Positions 37,636 through 48,653 of a stretch of DNA of 64,000 nucleotides are shown one piece after another (within the stretch, counting starts at the first letter, position 1; the number at the start of each line of letters is the position of its first letter). This DNA comes from Kiritimatiellota bacterium (GTDB lineage: Bacteria > Verrucomicrobiota > Kiritimatiellia > JAAZAB01). Made by a program: the position numbers and the translations under genes. Where the stretch lies: the NCBI GenBank assembly GCA_026398415.1, contig JAPLSY010000084.1, positions 94,709 through 158,708 on the forward strand, in the 5' to 3' direction. The notes under the pieces were generated by a model. It was not told the origin of the DNA, searched no databases, and worked only from the letters and a program-made list of their open reading frames with translations.

Positions 37636-39375
37636 TTGACCAATTTTTTACGATTGCCACGTCAGTTCTGGCGCATCAGTTGGCAACATGGTATTCACAA
37701 GGCCATTCTGCTGACGTTCGGTAAATTTGCCCGCCTGCGCGGTTTCCCGAAAATGGGTTTCGGACTCATGGAAAAATTCCCGCCGACCAAACCCTCCAAC
37801 GCGGCGGCGTATTTGCCGTTGCTGAAGCTGCGGCCGCTCGTTTCCATCGTCATGCCGGTCTATAATTCGTCCTGGCTGGAGGAAGCCGTGGCAAGTGTTT
37901 TGGCGCAGAGTTACGAACGCTTCGAATTGATCCTGGTGGATGACCAATCCACCCAGCCACGCACACTCGCCGCGCTTTCCGAGGCTGGCGGCGATCCGCA
38001 CGTTAAGCTGATCCGCAACGCGCGCAACCTGGGCATCAGCGGAGCCACCAATATCGGCATTGAAGCCAGCCGGGGCGATTATATCGCCTTCATGGACCAC
38101 GACGACCTGTTGCATCCGGACGCGCTGGCCTACTTCGCGCGCTCCGTGAACGACGGCCATGACGAGGACGTTTTTTTTACCGACGAGGTCGTGATCAACA
38201 GCAAGAACGGCATCGTCGGGCAGATGCGCAAATGCCCGATCTCGCTCGACCTTCTGCTGTCGTGCAACGCCGTCCTGCATTTCGTCATCATGAAGCGAGC
38301 GGCGCTCCGGCAGATCGGCCCGCTGAATTCAGACTACGACGGCGCGCAGGATCACGACCTCATGCTGCGCGCCCTGGAGCACGGGCTCCGGTTTTATCAC
38401 CTGCCGCTCATGCTCTACGCCTGGCGCGCCCACCATGCGGCCACCTCCAACGACATCCGTTCGTTCGACCGTCATTCCATGCCGGAATGGCCCAAGTCCT
38501 ACCTCAACGGGAAAAAAGCCATTCAGGCGTATCTCGACCGCCACGCCATCCGGGCCACCGTAACCGACGATGCGTTTTATTGGTACCGGGTCAAGTACGC
38601 CCTGCCGGATACACGCGACGAGGTAGCGATCATCATCCCGTTCAAGGATCAAGCGGCCTACTTGCGGCGTCTGCTGGAAAGTTTAAAAAAAACAACCTTC
38701 GCCAATACCGTCGTGTACCTGGTGGATAACCGGTCCGACCAAGCGGAAACCAAGGCTTATCTGGCCGCCCTGCACCCGAGCCCGACCGGCCGGCTCCGCC
38801 TGTTGACGTTTGACGAGCCGTTTAATTACGCCCGTTTACATAACTGGGCGGCTGCTCAAATCCCCAACGAGCTCCTGTTATTTCTGAATAACGACGTGGA
38901 AATCCAGCGGGGCGACTGGCTGGAAGCAATGCTGGAGCATATTTACCGCAAGCAGATTGGCGCGGTAGGCTGTCGGCTCAGGTACCCGAACGGCGAGCTT
39001 CAGCATGGCGGCATGGTGTTCCGGCCCGACGTGTATTATTGCGCCATGAACCTCCATCGCGATGAAGGCTATTACACCAAGGTTCAGCGGGATGTCAGCG
39101 GCGTGACGGCCGCCTGCATGCTGATCCGCAAATCGGTGTTTCAGGCCGTGGGCGGTTTTGACGAAGTCCGGTTCCCGATCGCGTTCAATGATGCCGACCT
39201 TTGTTTGAAAATTATTCGCGCCGGCTACAAAATCATGTACACGCCCTTCGCCGAGTTGGTTCACCATCAATCGGCCTCCCGCGCGGAGCAGGAAGAGAGC
39301 TACGAAAAATGGGCCTTGTTCAGCCGCCACATCGGTCCGTCACCGATGATTGACCGGCATTACCGGTTGTCGTGA
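37636..39375 (+). CDS. Tandem family-2 glycosyltransferase (two GT2 domains)
   Basis: Two GT2 cores, each with DxD and acceptor motifs: 'VSIVMPVYNSS...ILVDDQS' and 'VAIIIPFKDQ...YLVDNRSD...DGAQDHD'. Confidence 0.7.
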   Translation: MTNFLRLPRQFWRISWQHGIHKAILLTFGKFARLRGFPKMGFGLMEKFPPTKPSNAAAYLPLLKLRPLVSIVMPVYNSSWLEEAVASVLAQSYERFELILVDDQSTQPRTLAALSEAGGDPHVKLIRNARNLGISGATNIGIEASRGDYIAFMDHDDLLHPDALAYFARSVNDGHDEDVFFTDEVVINSKNGIVGQMRKCPISLDLLLSCNAVLHFVIMKRAALRQIGPLNSDYDGAQDHDLMLRALEHGLRFYHLPLMLYAWRAHHAATSNDIRSFDRHSMPEWPKSYLNGKKAIQAYLDRHAIRATVTDDAFYWYRVKYALPDTRDEVAIIIPFKDQAAYLRRLLESLKKTTFANTVVYLVDNRSDQAETKAYLAALHPSPTGRLRLLTFDEPFNYARLHNWAAAQIPNELLLFLNNDVEIQRGDWLEAMLEHIYRKQIGAVGCRLRYPNGELQHGGMVFRPDVYYCAMNLHRDEGYYTKVQRDVSGVTAACMLIRKSVFQAVGGFDEVRFPIAFNDADLCLKIIRAGYKIMYTPFAELVHHQSASRAEQEESYEKWALFSRHIGPSPMIDRHYRLS

Positions 39376-39378
39376 AAT

Positions 39379-40368
39379 TCACGCCTGGAAGCGGCGCAGG
39401 ATACGCTCCAGAACGCGGCGGCGGCGGGTGCCCGGCGGGAAATACGTGTCCATCAGGCGGCCGGTCTTCTGCACAAACTGCCAGCCGCGGCTGGTCTCCA
39501 TCACGGAAATCACCTGGCGCAGGTGTTCGATCTCCACGTGATAGCCCCGTACGACCTGCCGCTGGTGCTCAATGGTTTCCAGGAGCGACGGCACGGAATG
39601 GGCATATTTGACGTAGCGGTCCTTGTAGCGATAACAACGCTCGCGACCGAAGACATGCGCCTGGAAAGTTTCGTCCATCTCCCGGTAGCGGCGGACCGTC
39701 TCCGGCAAAAGAGCAAAGCGTTCCAGCACCGCAGCCAGGGGCATCCAGGCCTCGAGACCGAACGCCTTGTTCTTCTCGTAAAAGTAAAACAGGCTCCGGA
39801 ACAGGATAAACGAAACCGGCAGGCATCCCTCGAACACCCATTCATGGTCAACGAGATAATACCGGTCGCCGTCCACGAGAATATTTTCAAACACCAGGTC
39901 CACCAGGGCCGGCGTCAGAAATGGTCCCAGGCCTTCAAGCTCCGCCGGCGCTGCCAGCCCAAAGACTTGCCGCATGGCCTCCGTAAACACCGGCGCCGGG
40001 ACCGTGGTAAATGCGTTGTTCAGTAACGCCAGGTAATCGGCAACGATACCCAGGAATCGCGCCTGGTCCCGCTCCCGGAAGGCGCTGACCAGCAGGGCAT
40101 CCAGACTGCGGCCTGCCACGAAATCGAACCGCAGGGTTTGCTCGTCAATGATGGTAACTTCCGGCAACCGGAGGCGGTCGCCGTGCAGGCTGTGACGGAT
40201 CGGCGCAGCCTGTTCGTGCAGGCGCTGGAGGTGCGGGACCGCGTCGGGAGCAAGCGCTTTTTTCAGGACAAACTTCCGGTCACGGTCCCGCCAGATCGAA
40301 GTTTCAATCTGAAACGGGGGCAGGCGATGACGATTATATTTGGCATACAGTAAGTCCATGGGGTGCAT
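39379..40368 (-). CDS. Protein-kinase-like / aminoglycoside-phosphotransferase-fold protein, putative
   Basis: 'LVDLVFENILVDGDRYYLVDHEWV' resembles the catalytic loop (D-x-x-x-x-N) plus the DFE/DHE metal-binding motif of the APH, ChoK and CotS kinases. There is no other similarity. Confidence 0.35.
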   Translation of the reverse strand: MHPMDLLYAKYNRHRLPPFQIETSIWRDRDRKFVLKKALAPDAVPHLQRLHEQAAPIRHSLHGDRLRLPEVTIIDEQTLRFDFVAGRSLDALLVSAFRERDQARFLGIVADYLALLNNAFTTVPAPVFTEAMRQVFGLAAPAELEGLGPFLTPALVDLVFENILVDGDRYYLVDHEWVFEGCLPVSFILFRSLFYFYEKNKAFGLEAWMPLAAVLERFALLPETVRRYREMDETFQAHVFGRERCYRYKDRYVKYAHSVPSLLETIEHQRQVVRGYHVEIEHLRQVISVMETSRGWQFVQKTGRLMDTYFPPGTRRRRVLERILRRFQA

Positions 40369-40501
40369 TATAGCACGACAAGAAAATAATTGGTAGTCCT
40401 GTTACTTCTTGTCGGATTCATGGCCGGATTCTAGGTTTGACAACCCGTTCCGATTTCCTTATGTTAGCGCTATCTTGCGGTATAATTTACGGGTAAATAT
40501 T

Positions 40502-41785
40502 ATGATTTTGCGGCAATTACTATGTAGTGTTTTGCTGACCCTTGGCCTGCAGGCGGGCGCCGGCGGCGCGGAAGTGCTGGTCGCGAAGGTGGATGGCGTC
40601 ATCGGCCCCATTACGGCCAAGTTCATGATCGAAGCCATGGACCGTGCGGAACAACAAAAGGTCGAATGCGTGGTGTTTGAACTGGACACCCCCGGCGGCC
40701 TGGATGATTCCATGCGTACCATCATCAAGCGCATCATGTCGGCCAAATTACCGGTGGTGGTCTTCGTGGCGCCCCCCGGCTCGCGCGCGGCCTCGGCCGG
40801 CGCCTTTATTACCATGGCCGCGCACGTGGCGGCCATGTCACCCGGCACGGCCATCGGCGCCGCCCATCCCGTTTCCATCGGCCAATCGTTGCAGACGGAC
40901 ACCAACATGACGGCCAAGGTGGCCAACGATGCGGCGGCTTACATCCGCTCCATCGCCGAAAAGCGGGGACGCAACATTGAATGGGCCAATTCGGCCGTCA
41001 AGGAAAGCGTGTCGCTTTCGGAAACCGAAGCGTTGACGCACAAGGTAATTGACCTGGTGGCGCCGAGCACGGAAGCGTTGATGACCCTGCTGGATGGCCG
41101 CACCGTCAAGCTCAACGAAACCACCGTAACGTTGAAAACCAAGGGCGCCGTGTTGACGCGCTTCGAAATGAACTGGCGTGACGAACTGTTGCACGCCATC
41201 GCCAATCCCAACCTGGCTTATATCCTGTTAATGCTCGGTCTAATGGGCCTGTATTTCGAACTGGCGACCCCCGGCGCCATTCTGCCGGGAGTGGTAGGCG
41301 CCATTTCGCTTATTCTGTCCTTTTTTGCGTTTCAAACCTTGTCGGTAAATTACGCCGGAATTTTATTGATTGTACTGGCAGTTGTCCTGTTTATCGTGGA
41401 TATTAAGGCCGCAACACACGGTGTGCTGACCGTTGGAGGGCTGGTGTCCATGATCATTGGATCGCTCATGTTGTTTAACCACAATCCCGACCCTGCCATG
41501 CGGGTATCGTTGCAGGTTATCATTCCGGTTGTGCTGATCACCGGCGCCTTTTTCGCGCTCGGCGCATGGTTGTCGCTAAAAGCCATGATCCGACGTCCGG
41601 TCTCGGGCGCCGAGGGCCTGATCGGCCGGGAAGGCGATGCCCGTACAGCGATTACCAGGGACGGAGGCACGGCCTTTGTAGACGGCACACATTGGAATGC
41701 CGTGGCCGACACGGAGATTCCATCCGGCCGCCACGTGAAGGTCATAGCCGTCAAGCAAATGACGTTGAAGGTGGAAGCGGTGTAG
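40502..41785 (+). CDS. NfeD-like membrane-bound ClpP-class serine protease
   Basis: ClpP/SppA-like protease domain (VKVDGVIGPITAKFM...ELDTPGGL...RAASAGAFI), TM bundle, C-terminal OB/NfeD beta-domain. A TATAAT -10 box lies 15 nt upstream. It is followed by the stomatin gene. Confidence 0.7.
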   Translation: MILRQLLCSVLLTLGLQAGAGGAEVLVAKVDGVIGPITAKFMIEAMDRAEQQKVECVVFELDTPGGLDDSMRTIIKRIMSAKLPVVVFVAPPGSRAASAGAFITMAAHVAAMSPGTAIGAAHPVSIGQSLQTDTNMTAKVANDAAAYIRSIAEKRGRNIEWANSAVKESVSLSETEALTHKVIDLVAPSTEALMTLLDGRTVKLNETTVTLKTKGAVLTRFEMNWRDELLHAIANPNLAYILLMLGLMGLYFELATPGAILPGVVGAISLILSFFAFQTLSVNYAGILLIVLAVVLFIVDIKAATHGVLTVGGLVSMIIGSLMLFNHNPDPAMRVSLQVIIPVVLITGAFFALGAWLSLKAMIRRPVSGAEGLIGREGDARTAITRDGGTAFVDGTHWNAVADTEIPSGRHVKVIAVKQMTLKVEAV

Positions 41786-42017
41786 GCCGGACGACAGACG
41801 ACAGCCCTGATCAGAAGGACGACGGAACGGAGAAGACGGCCTGCCCGCAGAAACCTTGGCGAAGGCGGGACGATGGATGTAGGAGTCGATCCCAGATCGG
41901 CGATTGTAAGAGAACAGAACATAGGCAAAGCGGAGAACAGAAATCAGAATCATTCTTCCCGACCTCTCGGAGAGTCGGGATGACTTCTGACTTCTAATTA
42001 ACAGGAGGGTTCACACC

Positions 42018-42770
42018 ATGGGTACGGGACTAATTGCGGTTATCGTCATAATCTTCTTTCTCGTCGTCAATACGATCAAAATCCTGAAGGAATATGAACG
42101 CGGGGTGGTCTTCCGCCTGGGCCGGTTTGTCGGCGTGCGCGGACCGGGACTGATCCTGCTGATTCCCATGTTCGAAAAAATGGTCAAGGTCACGCTCCGC
42201 ACCGTAGCCATGGATGTGCCGCCGCAGGACGTGGTGACCAAGGACAACGTGTCGGTCAAAGTTAACGCGGTCATGTATTTCCAGGTTTTCGAACCGTCCA
42301 AGGCCATTATCGCCGTGGAGGACTATCTCTATGCCACTTCGCAGATGGGGCAGACGACGTTGCGTTCCATCCTGGGCGAGCACGAACTTGACGACCTGCT
42401 GTCCAACCGCGAGAAGATTAATCAGAAACTGCAAAAAGTCATTGACGAACGTACGGACCCCTGGGGCATCAAGGTCAGCGCGGTCGAGGTCAAGGATGTG
42501 GACCTGCCCGAAAACATGAAGCGCGCCATTGCCAAACAGGCCGAGGCCGAACGCGAACGCCGTGCCAAGGTCATTCATGCCGACGGCGAATTCCAGGCTT
42601 CCTCGAAATTGAAGGATGCCGCCGACATCATGGCCGTCCAGCCGGTTTCCGTGCAGTTGCGTTACCTGCAAACGCTCACGGAAATCGCCACCGAAAAGAA
42701 TTCCACCATTGTCTTCCCGTTCCCGATCGAGCTCCTGCAGTATTTCTTGAAAAAGAACCCGAATCCGTAA
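42018..42770 (+). CDS. SPFH/Band-7 (stomatin-like) protein
   Basis: N-terminal TM followed by an SPFH domain ([45 protein letters not shown]). Confidence 0.8.
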   Translation: MGTGLIAVIVIIFFLVVNTIKILKEYERGVVFRLGRFVGVRGPGLILLIPMFEKMVKVTLRTVAMDVPPQDVVTKDNVSVKVNAVMYFQVFEPSKAIIAVEDYLYATSQMGQTTLRSILGEHELDDLLSNREKINQKLQKVIDERTDPWGIKVSAVEVKDVDLPENMKRAIAKQAEAERERRAKVIHADGEFQASSKLKDAADIMAVQPVSVQLRYLQTLTEIATEKNSTIVFPFPIELLQYFLKKNPNP

Positions 42771-42811
42771 CAGCATACGGAATTGCGCCGGAGCTCGCCG
42801 GGCAGGTCTGC

Positions 42812-44818
42812 ATGTCATACTTTAATTTTGCATCGCGCATCAAATCCAAGCGGATTTTACCGATCGTCGTCATTACTTGCCTGATCCTGTGCGGTGGCAT
42901 CCTGACGGGCGCCCGGATCCACGGGTTTTCCTTCGCCTCCTGGCATTCCGCCATTGACGGCTCACCGCACCGCGAAGTGTTCTTTAGCAAGGTTAATCGC
43001 TACCGGACGGATGATTGGATTGTGATGTTGCCGCACATGCTGGCCCAGCGGGCCGACCAGCCGCCCTTTGCCGCTGAAAATCGGCTGATCGGCGACGGGC
43101 ACTACAACATGCTGATCACCTGCGCGGCGCCGGCGCGCGATCCGATGGTGTTATTCCGTCCCCAGGTGTGGGGTTATTTCATTTCCGGCGATATCGGCAT
43201 GGCGTTCCAGTGGTGGTTCTATGTGTTCGGCACCTGGATCGCCGTGTGGCTGGTCCTGCGCCGGTTGACGGGCAACGACGAATGGACTTCCGCATGCGGC
43301 GCTACGGCATTGCTTTTCTCGCCGTTTTTTCAGGCCTGGTCGCTCAACTGCACGCCGACGGTAATTTTCGCCTGCGGCACACTCTTTTCCCTGGCACAAC
43401 TAAGGACGACCCGATCAACCTTTCAGCTTCTGCTGTCAGCCGTTCTCCTGGCCTGGTTCGGAATGGCGTTTTTATTGACCTTCAATTACCTGCCATATCT
43501 GGTCACCCTGTTTTACTGCATCGTCTTTGTTTTTACCGGGATGGCGGTCAGGGCCCATGGCCCCGGCCCTGCCGATAACCGGGAAGCGCCGCGACGCCAT
43601 ATTCATTGGCCCAGCAGGACTCGCTGGGCTTGCGCCCTGTTAGCCGTTCTCTGCATTCTCGGCCTGGGCGCGTACATGGCCGCGAGCAACTGGGAAACGA
43701 TTGCCATCATTCGGAACAGCGATTACCCCGGCCAGCGTTTATCGTCCGGCGGCGATCAAACAATCTGGCATCTTTTTCGGGGTAATGTCCTCAGCATTAA
43801 ACCGCCACCGGCATGGCGGGATTTCAATCCGTGTGAAGGCGCCGCTTTTTTTCTGGTTTTTCCGCTGGTAGTTGCCGCCCTGCTCCGGGACTGGTGGCGC
43901 ACCCGCAAACCACCCCATGCCCTGCTCCTCGGGATTGCAGGTTACATTACCTTCCTGTTGTTCTGGAACCTGACCGGGTTTCCGGAACTATTGTCGCGCT
44001 GGACGCTGATGAATCGAGCGCCGCCCTTTCGGACGCTGATTGGACTGGGAATCGCGGATATTCTTTTATTGTCAGTTTATGTTTCCCACCGGCAACAATT
44101 GACTCCGGCATCCCATAAGGATTACGTTACGCCTTGGATCGTCAGCGCGCTCTGGATTACGTTTCATGTGGTGTTAGGAATCAAGTTTTCCAGGTACTTC
44201 CCGGATTATTCCATCAATACGGCGCTGATCGGCGGCCTTTTTGCGATGGCCCTGGCGCCCCTGCTCTACCTGGCGCCGCGCCTGGTCCTCCCGGCCATCA
44301 TGCTCGCCGCTATCCTGACCACCTATGACGTTAATCCTCTGGCCCGCGGCGGCACGACCTTCATTCAGGAGAACCCGCTCTCCCAGAAAATCCGGACAAT
44401 CGATCAGGAAACTAAAAATCAAGGCCACCAGCCGGTTTGGATTGCCTATGGCGACGCAGCATTGCCGAACCTGTTTCGCATGATCGGGTCGCGCGCGCTC
44501 AACGGCGTGCATGCCTATTCCCAGTTTGAACTGTGGAAAACGCTGGACCCGGAAGGCCAGTCCCGGCCGGTATATAACCGCTATGCCCATGTTGTCTTTG
44601 AAGTACCGCCCGTGCCGGACGATTTTAAAATCAATCTTGTTTATAATGATAACGTCGCCGTCGACCTGCACCCGGACAACCCGCGGTTTGCCGCCCTGAA
44701 CGTGGATTACCTTCTTTGCCTGGACAATCAAGTTGAATCGCTTGACCGCGTAGCGAAGCTGAAAAAGATTTATTCCTACGCCGGCAGGCACATTTACCGG
44801 GTTGAGCACGCGCCATAG
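42812..44818 (+). CDS. Large polytopic membrane protein, GT-C-like putative glycosyltransferase
   Basis: 668 aa with more than 12 TM helices, an acidic 'DD' in the first extracytoplasmic loop, and a soluble C-terminal domain. It lies upstream of the polyprenyl-P sugar synthase gene. Confidence 0.35.
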   Translation: MSYFNFASRIKSKRILPIVVITCLILCGGILTGARIHGFSFASWHSAIDGSPHREVFFSKVNRYRTDDWIVMLPHMLAQRADQPPFAAENRLIGDGHYNMLITCAAPARDPMVLFRPQVWGYFISGDIGMAFQWWFYVFGTWIAVWLVLRRLTGNDEWTSACGATALLFSPFFQAWSLNCTPTVIFACGTLFSLAQLRTTRSTFQLLLSAVLLAWFGMAFLLTFNYLPYLVTLFYCIVFVFTGMAVRAHGPGPADNREAPRRHIHWPSRTRWACALLAVLCILGLGAYMAASNWETIAIIRNSDYPGQRLSSGGDQTIWHLFRGNVLSIKPPPAWRDFNPCEGAAFFLVFPLVVAALLRDWWRTRKPPHALLLGIAGYITFLLFWNLTGFPELLSRWTLMNRAPPFRTLIGLGIADILLLSVYVSHRQQLTPASHKDYVTPWIVSALWITFHVVLGIKFSRYFPDYSINTALIGGLFAMALAPLLYLAPRLVLPAIMLAAILTTYDVNPLARGGTTFIQENPLSQKIRTIDQETKNQGHQPVWIAYGDAALPNLFRMIGSRALNGVHAYSQFELWKTLDPEGQSRPVYNRYAHVVFEVPPVPDDFKINLVYNDNVAVDLHPDNPRFAALNVDYLLCLDNQVESLDRVAKLKKIYSYAGRHIYRVEHAP

Positions 44819-44910
44819 GGAAGGCTTCGGCGTTGACATGCCACCCCTTTTTGTATAACTGTGTAATCTTGAAGTTTGTTGCCAAATCAATCCCGTCGGA
44901 ACCGCCGCAT

Positions 44911-46686
44911 ATGGACGATCAACAGTCAACACGTTGGATCTCCGAGTGGATGATCAAAGGCCATCGGCGTACGATAACGCTGATTGCGGCGCTGGCGTTG
45001 GCCGCACCAGCGGCGTTAGCCGCCGCGACCTGGATGCTTTACGGTTCGGCCTGTTCGGACTGGTGGTATGCCGATGATGCCGCTCACCTGTGGTTTGTGA
45101 TGCGGCACGATCAAATCTGGCAGTACTTTGCAGTGCCGGAAGTCAGCCGGGCAGCCTCAGCCCATTTGGTGCCCTGGGTCTTCATGCTCTATCGGCTGAT
45201 CTATGTTTGCTGCGGCATGGAACACCCGGGCACCGCGTATGCGTTGCAGTTGTTGTCCCTGTTTGCAGTGGCCTGGATGACCCGGGTCCTGTTGGGATTA
45301 TGGGTCTGCACGGCTTGGGCCTGGTTGGGGGCGTTCCTTTTTCTGTTGGGCGCGCCCGTAATGCACGTGGCCCACGAGCTCATGACCGTCAATTATGTGC
45401 AAGGCCTGTTTTTCGCGCTCATCGCCGCCTATGGATTTGTGCGCGCCATCAGGAACCTGACCTGGTGGCCGGCGGTGGCCGGCGGGTTTTGTTACCTGCT
45501 TGCCGTCACGGCCAAAGAAATCTATGTGCCGCTGCCGATGCTTCTGCTGTTTCTGCCGGAGAACACATGGAAACAGCGCGGCCTGAAGGCTCTGCCGTTC
45601 TTAATCGTGCTGACGGCCTATGTGCCGTGGCGCTGGTTCATGCTGGACACGTTAGTCGGGGGCTATCAGTCGCAAACCTCCGGCCCGGGCATCGTCCCGG
45701 TCTGCCAGGCATTACGGCACGTTCCGGTCATGATCCTGGGCGCCGACGGTTTGGGTTGGGGCGTCATGATCGCCGGCTTGCTCGGCCTGATGTTGCTTGT
45801 CGGGTTGAGCTGGCGGAAGATTGTCTTTGGACTGGTTGGCCTGTGCGCATTGCTGGGGCCGCTGGTGCCCTTGACGCAATTTCCCGGCTTGGTCTCCCCG
45901 GGACGCTATCTGTTTGTGGTGTGGTGGGGTATGACGGCCGCATGTGTGCTGGTCATGGAACGGCTGAGTTGCGGTCGCCATTGGCGGGGCCATCGCTGGC
46001 AGGGCCATCGTTGGCTGGCATGGGTCGCGCTCGCGTTGTGGGTGGCGATCAGCCTGGCCGCCGGCCGTGAAATGCGGCGGGAACAGCGCCAATCTCAATC
46101 CTGGATCGACAGCTATGAAACCCAGGGACGGTTTTTGTGGGCCGCTGCGAGCGACCGGATTTTTCTGATCCGCCCACCCTTTCATGTTGCGCGCTTCGTG
46201 GCGGCCATTAAGCAGAAACTCGCCGGCGCGGGATCGGCGCCGATCGTCATCGATGACCAGGCCGATTTGGAAATCCAGACCCGCCTGGGCCTGGTGGCCG
46301 GTGCGGCGCGTTCCAATGCCACGGTCTGGGCGTACAACGAATCGGGGCGCCGGATGGAAGAGATCACGGGAGAATTCCGGCAACAGCAGGCTGAATCTCC
46401 CGCCCGGGTCCAGGAATCGGCCCTGCGGATTGACTTGCAGTTTGAGAGGCAGGCCATGCGCTGGCGGTTCGGTCCATACGAGCAAGGGAACTATCTGATG
46501 GTGCGCCTGGCCGAAGGCCGCATAATTGACCGGATTCACTTTTTACCGGAGGGTCAGCGGGACGCCACGGGCGGCGGCGTCTTTGACTTCTTTCTGCGCT
46601 ACGACTCGCCCGAAGGCTGGACGACCTATTCGCCCGTGTTGCGGTTCGATCGCCAGCAGGGCGGCGTGGTATGGCGCCGGGATTGA
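44911..46686 (+). CDS. Large polytopic membrane protein, GT-C-like (ArnT/PMT-like) putative glycosyltransferase
   Basis: More than 11 TM helices, 'YADDAAH' in the first loop, and a C-terminal soluble domain. Assigned from context with the ArnC-like GT2 genes. Confidence 0.35.
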   Translation: MDDQQSTRWISEWMIKGHRRTITLIAALALAAPAALAAATWMLYGSACSDWWYADDAAHLWFVMRHDQIWQYFAVPEVSRAASAHLVPWVFMLYRLIYVCCGMEHPGTAYALQLLSLFAVAWMTRVLLGLWVCTAWAWLGAFLFLLGAPVMHVAHELMTVNYVQGLFFALIAAYGFVRAIRNLTWWPAVAGGFCYLLAVTAKEIYVPLPMLLLFLPENTWKQRGLKALPFLIVLTAYVPWRWFMLDTLVGGYQSQTSGPGIVPVCQALRHVPVMILGADGLGWGVMIAGLLGLMLLVGLSWRKIVFGLVGLCALLGPLVPLTQFPGLVSPGRYLFVVWWGMTAACVLVMERLSCGRHWRGHRWQGHRWLAWVALALWVAISLAAGREMRREQRQSQSWIDSYETQGRFLWAAASDRIFLIRPPFHVARFVAAIKQKLAGAGSAPIVIDDQADLEIQTRLGLVAGAARSNATVWAYNESGRRMEEITGEFRQQQAESPARVQESALRIDLQFERQAMRWRFGPYEQGNYLMVRLAEGRIIDRIHFLPEGQRDATGGGVFDFFLRYDSPEGWTTYSPVLRFDRQQGGVVWRRD

Positions 46687-46848
46687 CGGCGGACGCAGTC
46701 TATTTAAATGATTACGAAGATTTTTCGACAGGATTAACAGGATTTACAGGATGATGAAAAACCGATCGGATAATCTGTCAAATTGCTGAACCTTAACAGA
46801 TGACTTTGGATGTAATCAAACGCGTAACTTTATCCGGAGACGAAAAGC

Positions 46849-47817
46849 ATGAAATCAGTAACTATCGTCATTCCCGTGTTGAATGAAGCAACCGCGATCG
46901 CCGCGAATATGCGTCAAATCATGGAGTCCGTAAAGTCGTTAGGCGCTACGGTTGATGCCCGGATTCTCGTGGTGGACGACGGCTCCCGCGACGACACGGT
47001 GCGCATCGTACAGCGTCTGGCGGAAACCGAGCCGACCGTCCAGGTGCTGGCCCTCACGCGGAACTTTGGGAAAGAGGCGGCCATCCACGCGGGCTTGGAT
47101 CACGCATCGGGCGACGCCGTGATCGTCATGGACTGCGACCTGCAACATCCGCCGGCCTTGCTGCCCCGAATGATCCAGCTCTGGCGCGATGGTCTTGATG
47201 TTGTGGAGGCGTATAAAATCGATCGGGGCGGCGAGTCATGGCTCTCCGGACTTTTGGCCGGCGGGTTCTATGCGCTCTTCAACCGGCTGGCGGGATTCGA
47301 TCTGCGGAATCATTCTGATTTCAAGTTGCTGGACCGCAAGGTTGTGGAAGCCTATTGCCGATTGCCGGAGCGGGAACGATTCTTCCGGGGCCTGATCACG
47401 TGGATGCACTTCCCCTCCGCGCGCATCCCGTTTGAGGTTCCGGAGCGGAGCGGCGGCGGCTCGGCGTGGTCCCGGCTGCGCCTGGTCAAATATTCATTGA
47501 CCATCATTTCGTCCTTCTCCTCATTGCCGCTGCAGGTCGTGGGCTGGGCGGGCGCCTTGACGCTCTGCATCAGCCTGGTACTGGGCACAAAGGCGCTGTA
47601 TGACAAGTTCATGGGCCACGCCATTGACGGATTTGCCACCGTCATTTTGCTGGTCCTGATTCTCGGCAGTATCATCATGCTCAGCATCGGCGTCGTGGGC
47701 AATTATATCGCCCGTATTTACGAGGAAGTCAAGCGCCGGCCAAGCTATCTCATTGACCTGCGCCGCAGTTCCGTTACGGAACGGCAGAGCGCCGACCGGG
47801 CCGGGGAGCCTGAATGA
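46849..47817 (+). CDS. Polyprenyl-phosphate sugar synthase (GT2; ArnC/GtrB/DPM1-like)
   Basis: 'VTIVIPVLNE...ILVVDDGSRDDT...ALTRNFGKEAAIHAGLDHASGDAVIVMDCDLQHPP' plus two C-terminal TM helices, the ArnC/GtrB architecture. Confidence 0.75.
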   Translation: MKSVTIVIPVLNEATAIAANMRQIMESVKSLGATVDARILVVDDGSRDDTVRIVQRLAETEPTVQVLALTRNFGKEAAIHAGLDHASGDAVIVMDCDLQHPPALLPRMIQLWRDGLDVVEAYKIDRGGESWLSGLLAGGFYALFNRLAGFDLRNHSDFKLLDRKVVEAYCRLPERERFFRGLITWMHFPSARIPFEVPERSGGGSAWSRLRLVKYSLTIISSFSSLPLQVVGWAGALTLCISLVLGTKALYDKFMGHAIDGFATVILLVLILGSIIMLSIGVVGNYIARIYEEVKRRPSYLIDLRRSSVTERQSADRAGEPE

Positions 47818-48653
47818 GTCTGTCCGGCAACATCCAACTGGAAACGGCGGATTGTCCATTATGCGGCGCCGGCAACGGCAAGCCCACGCGGTTCGACTTT
47901 ACGCCCTATAAACTGGCGCGCTGCGCGGAATGCGGTTTGTATTTTTGCGCCACCCGCTTGAAGCCCGAGGATGTGGCCAAGCTTTATGCGCATCACGACT
48001 ATTTTGAGGGACAGGGCTATGATTCGTATGCCGCGCAGGAACCGGCCTTGCGGCTGACCTTTCGCCGGTTTTTAAAAAAACTGAACGCAGCCTTTCCCCT
48101 GCAGGGCGCGCTACTCGAGATTGGTTGCGGTTATGGCTACCTGCTGGATGAAGCCCGGCCATATTTCCAGCAACGTGTCGGCACGGATTTTTCTCCCCAG
48201 GCAGTCAAGCAGGCCGCCACCTATGGAGCCAAAATCTATCAGGGCGATATTGACGGACTGCCCCGTGACGACCGCTATGATTGCATCATCCTGGCGCACG
48301 TTATCGAGCATGTCTATCGGCCGGTTCCGTTGTTGCGCGCCATCCGGGACAAATTAAAGGCGGGCGGCGTGGTGGCCGTGGCCACGCCAAATATCGGCAG
48401 TCTCTGGTTCCCAATCATGGGTCGAAAATGGGCATCGTTCAAGATTCCGGAACATGTGGCTTTTTATGAACGGCCAACGCTGAACCGCTTGCTGGCATCG
48501 GCCGGATTCAGGGACATTCGCACCATTCCCTATTTACATGCGTTTCCGTTAGCGCTCATTGCGAACAAACTGGCGGCACGCATGCCGGCCAGGATGGGGC
48601 GGTGGTCGTGTTGGATTCCAGGGACAACCATTGCCATGGCAGCACGCAACTAA
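47814..48653 (+). CDS. Class I SAM-dependent methyltransferase
   Basis: Motif I 'LLEIGCGYGYLL', a post-I acidic residue, 'DCIILAHVIEHV'. An N-terminal Cys4 zinc ribbon (CPLCG...CAECG). Confidence 0.65.
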   Translation: MSLSGNIQLETADCPLCGAGNGKPTRFDFTPYKLARCAECGLYFCATRLKPEDVAKLYAHHDYFEGQGYDSYAAQEPALRLTFRRFLKKLNAAFPLQGALLEIGCGYGYLLDEARPYFQQRVGTDFSPQAVKQAATYGAKIYQGDIDGLPRDDRYDCIILAHVIEHVYRPVPLLRAIRDKLKAGGVVAVATPNIGSLWFPIMGRKWASFKIPEHVAFYERPTLNRLLASAGFRDIRTIPYLHAFPLALIANKLAARMPARMGRWSCWIPGTTIAMAARN

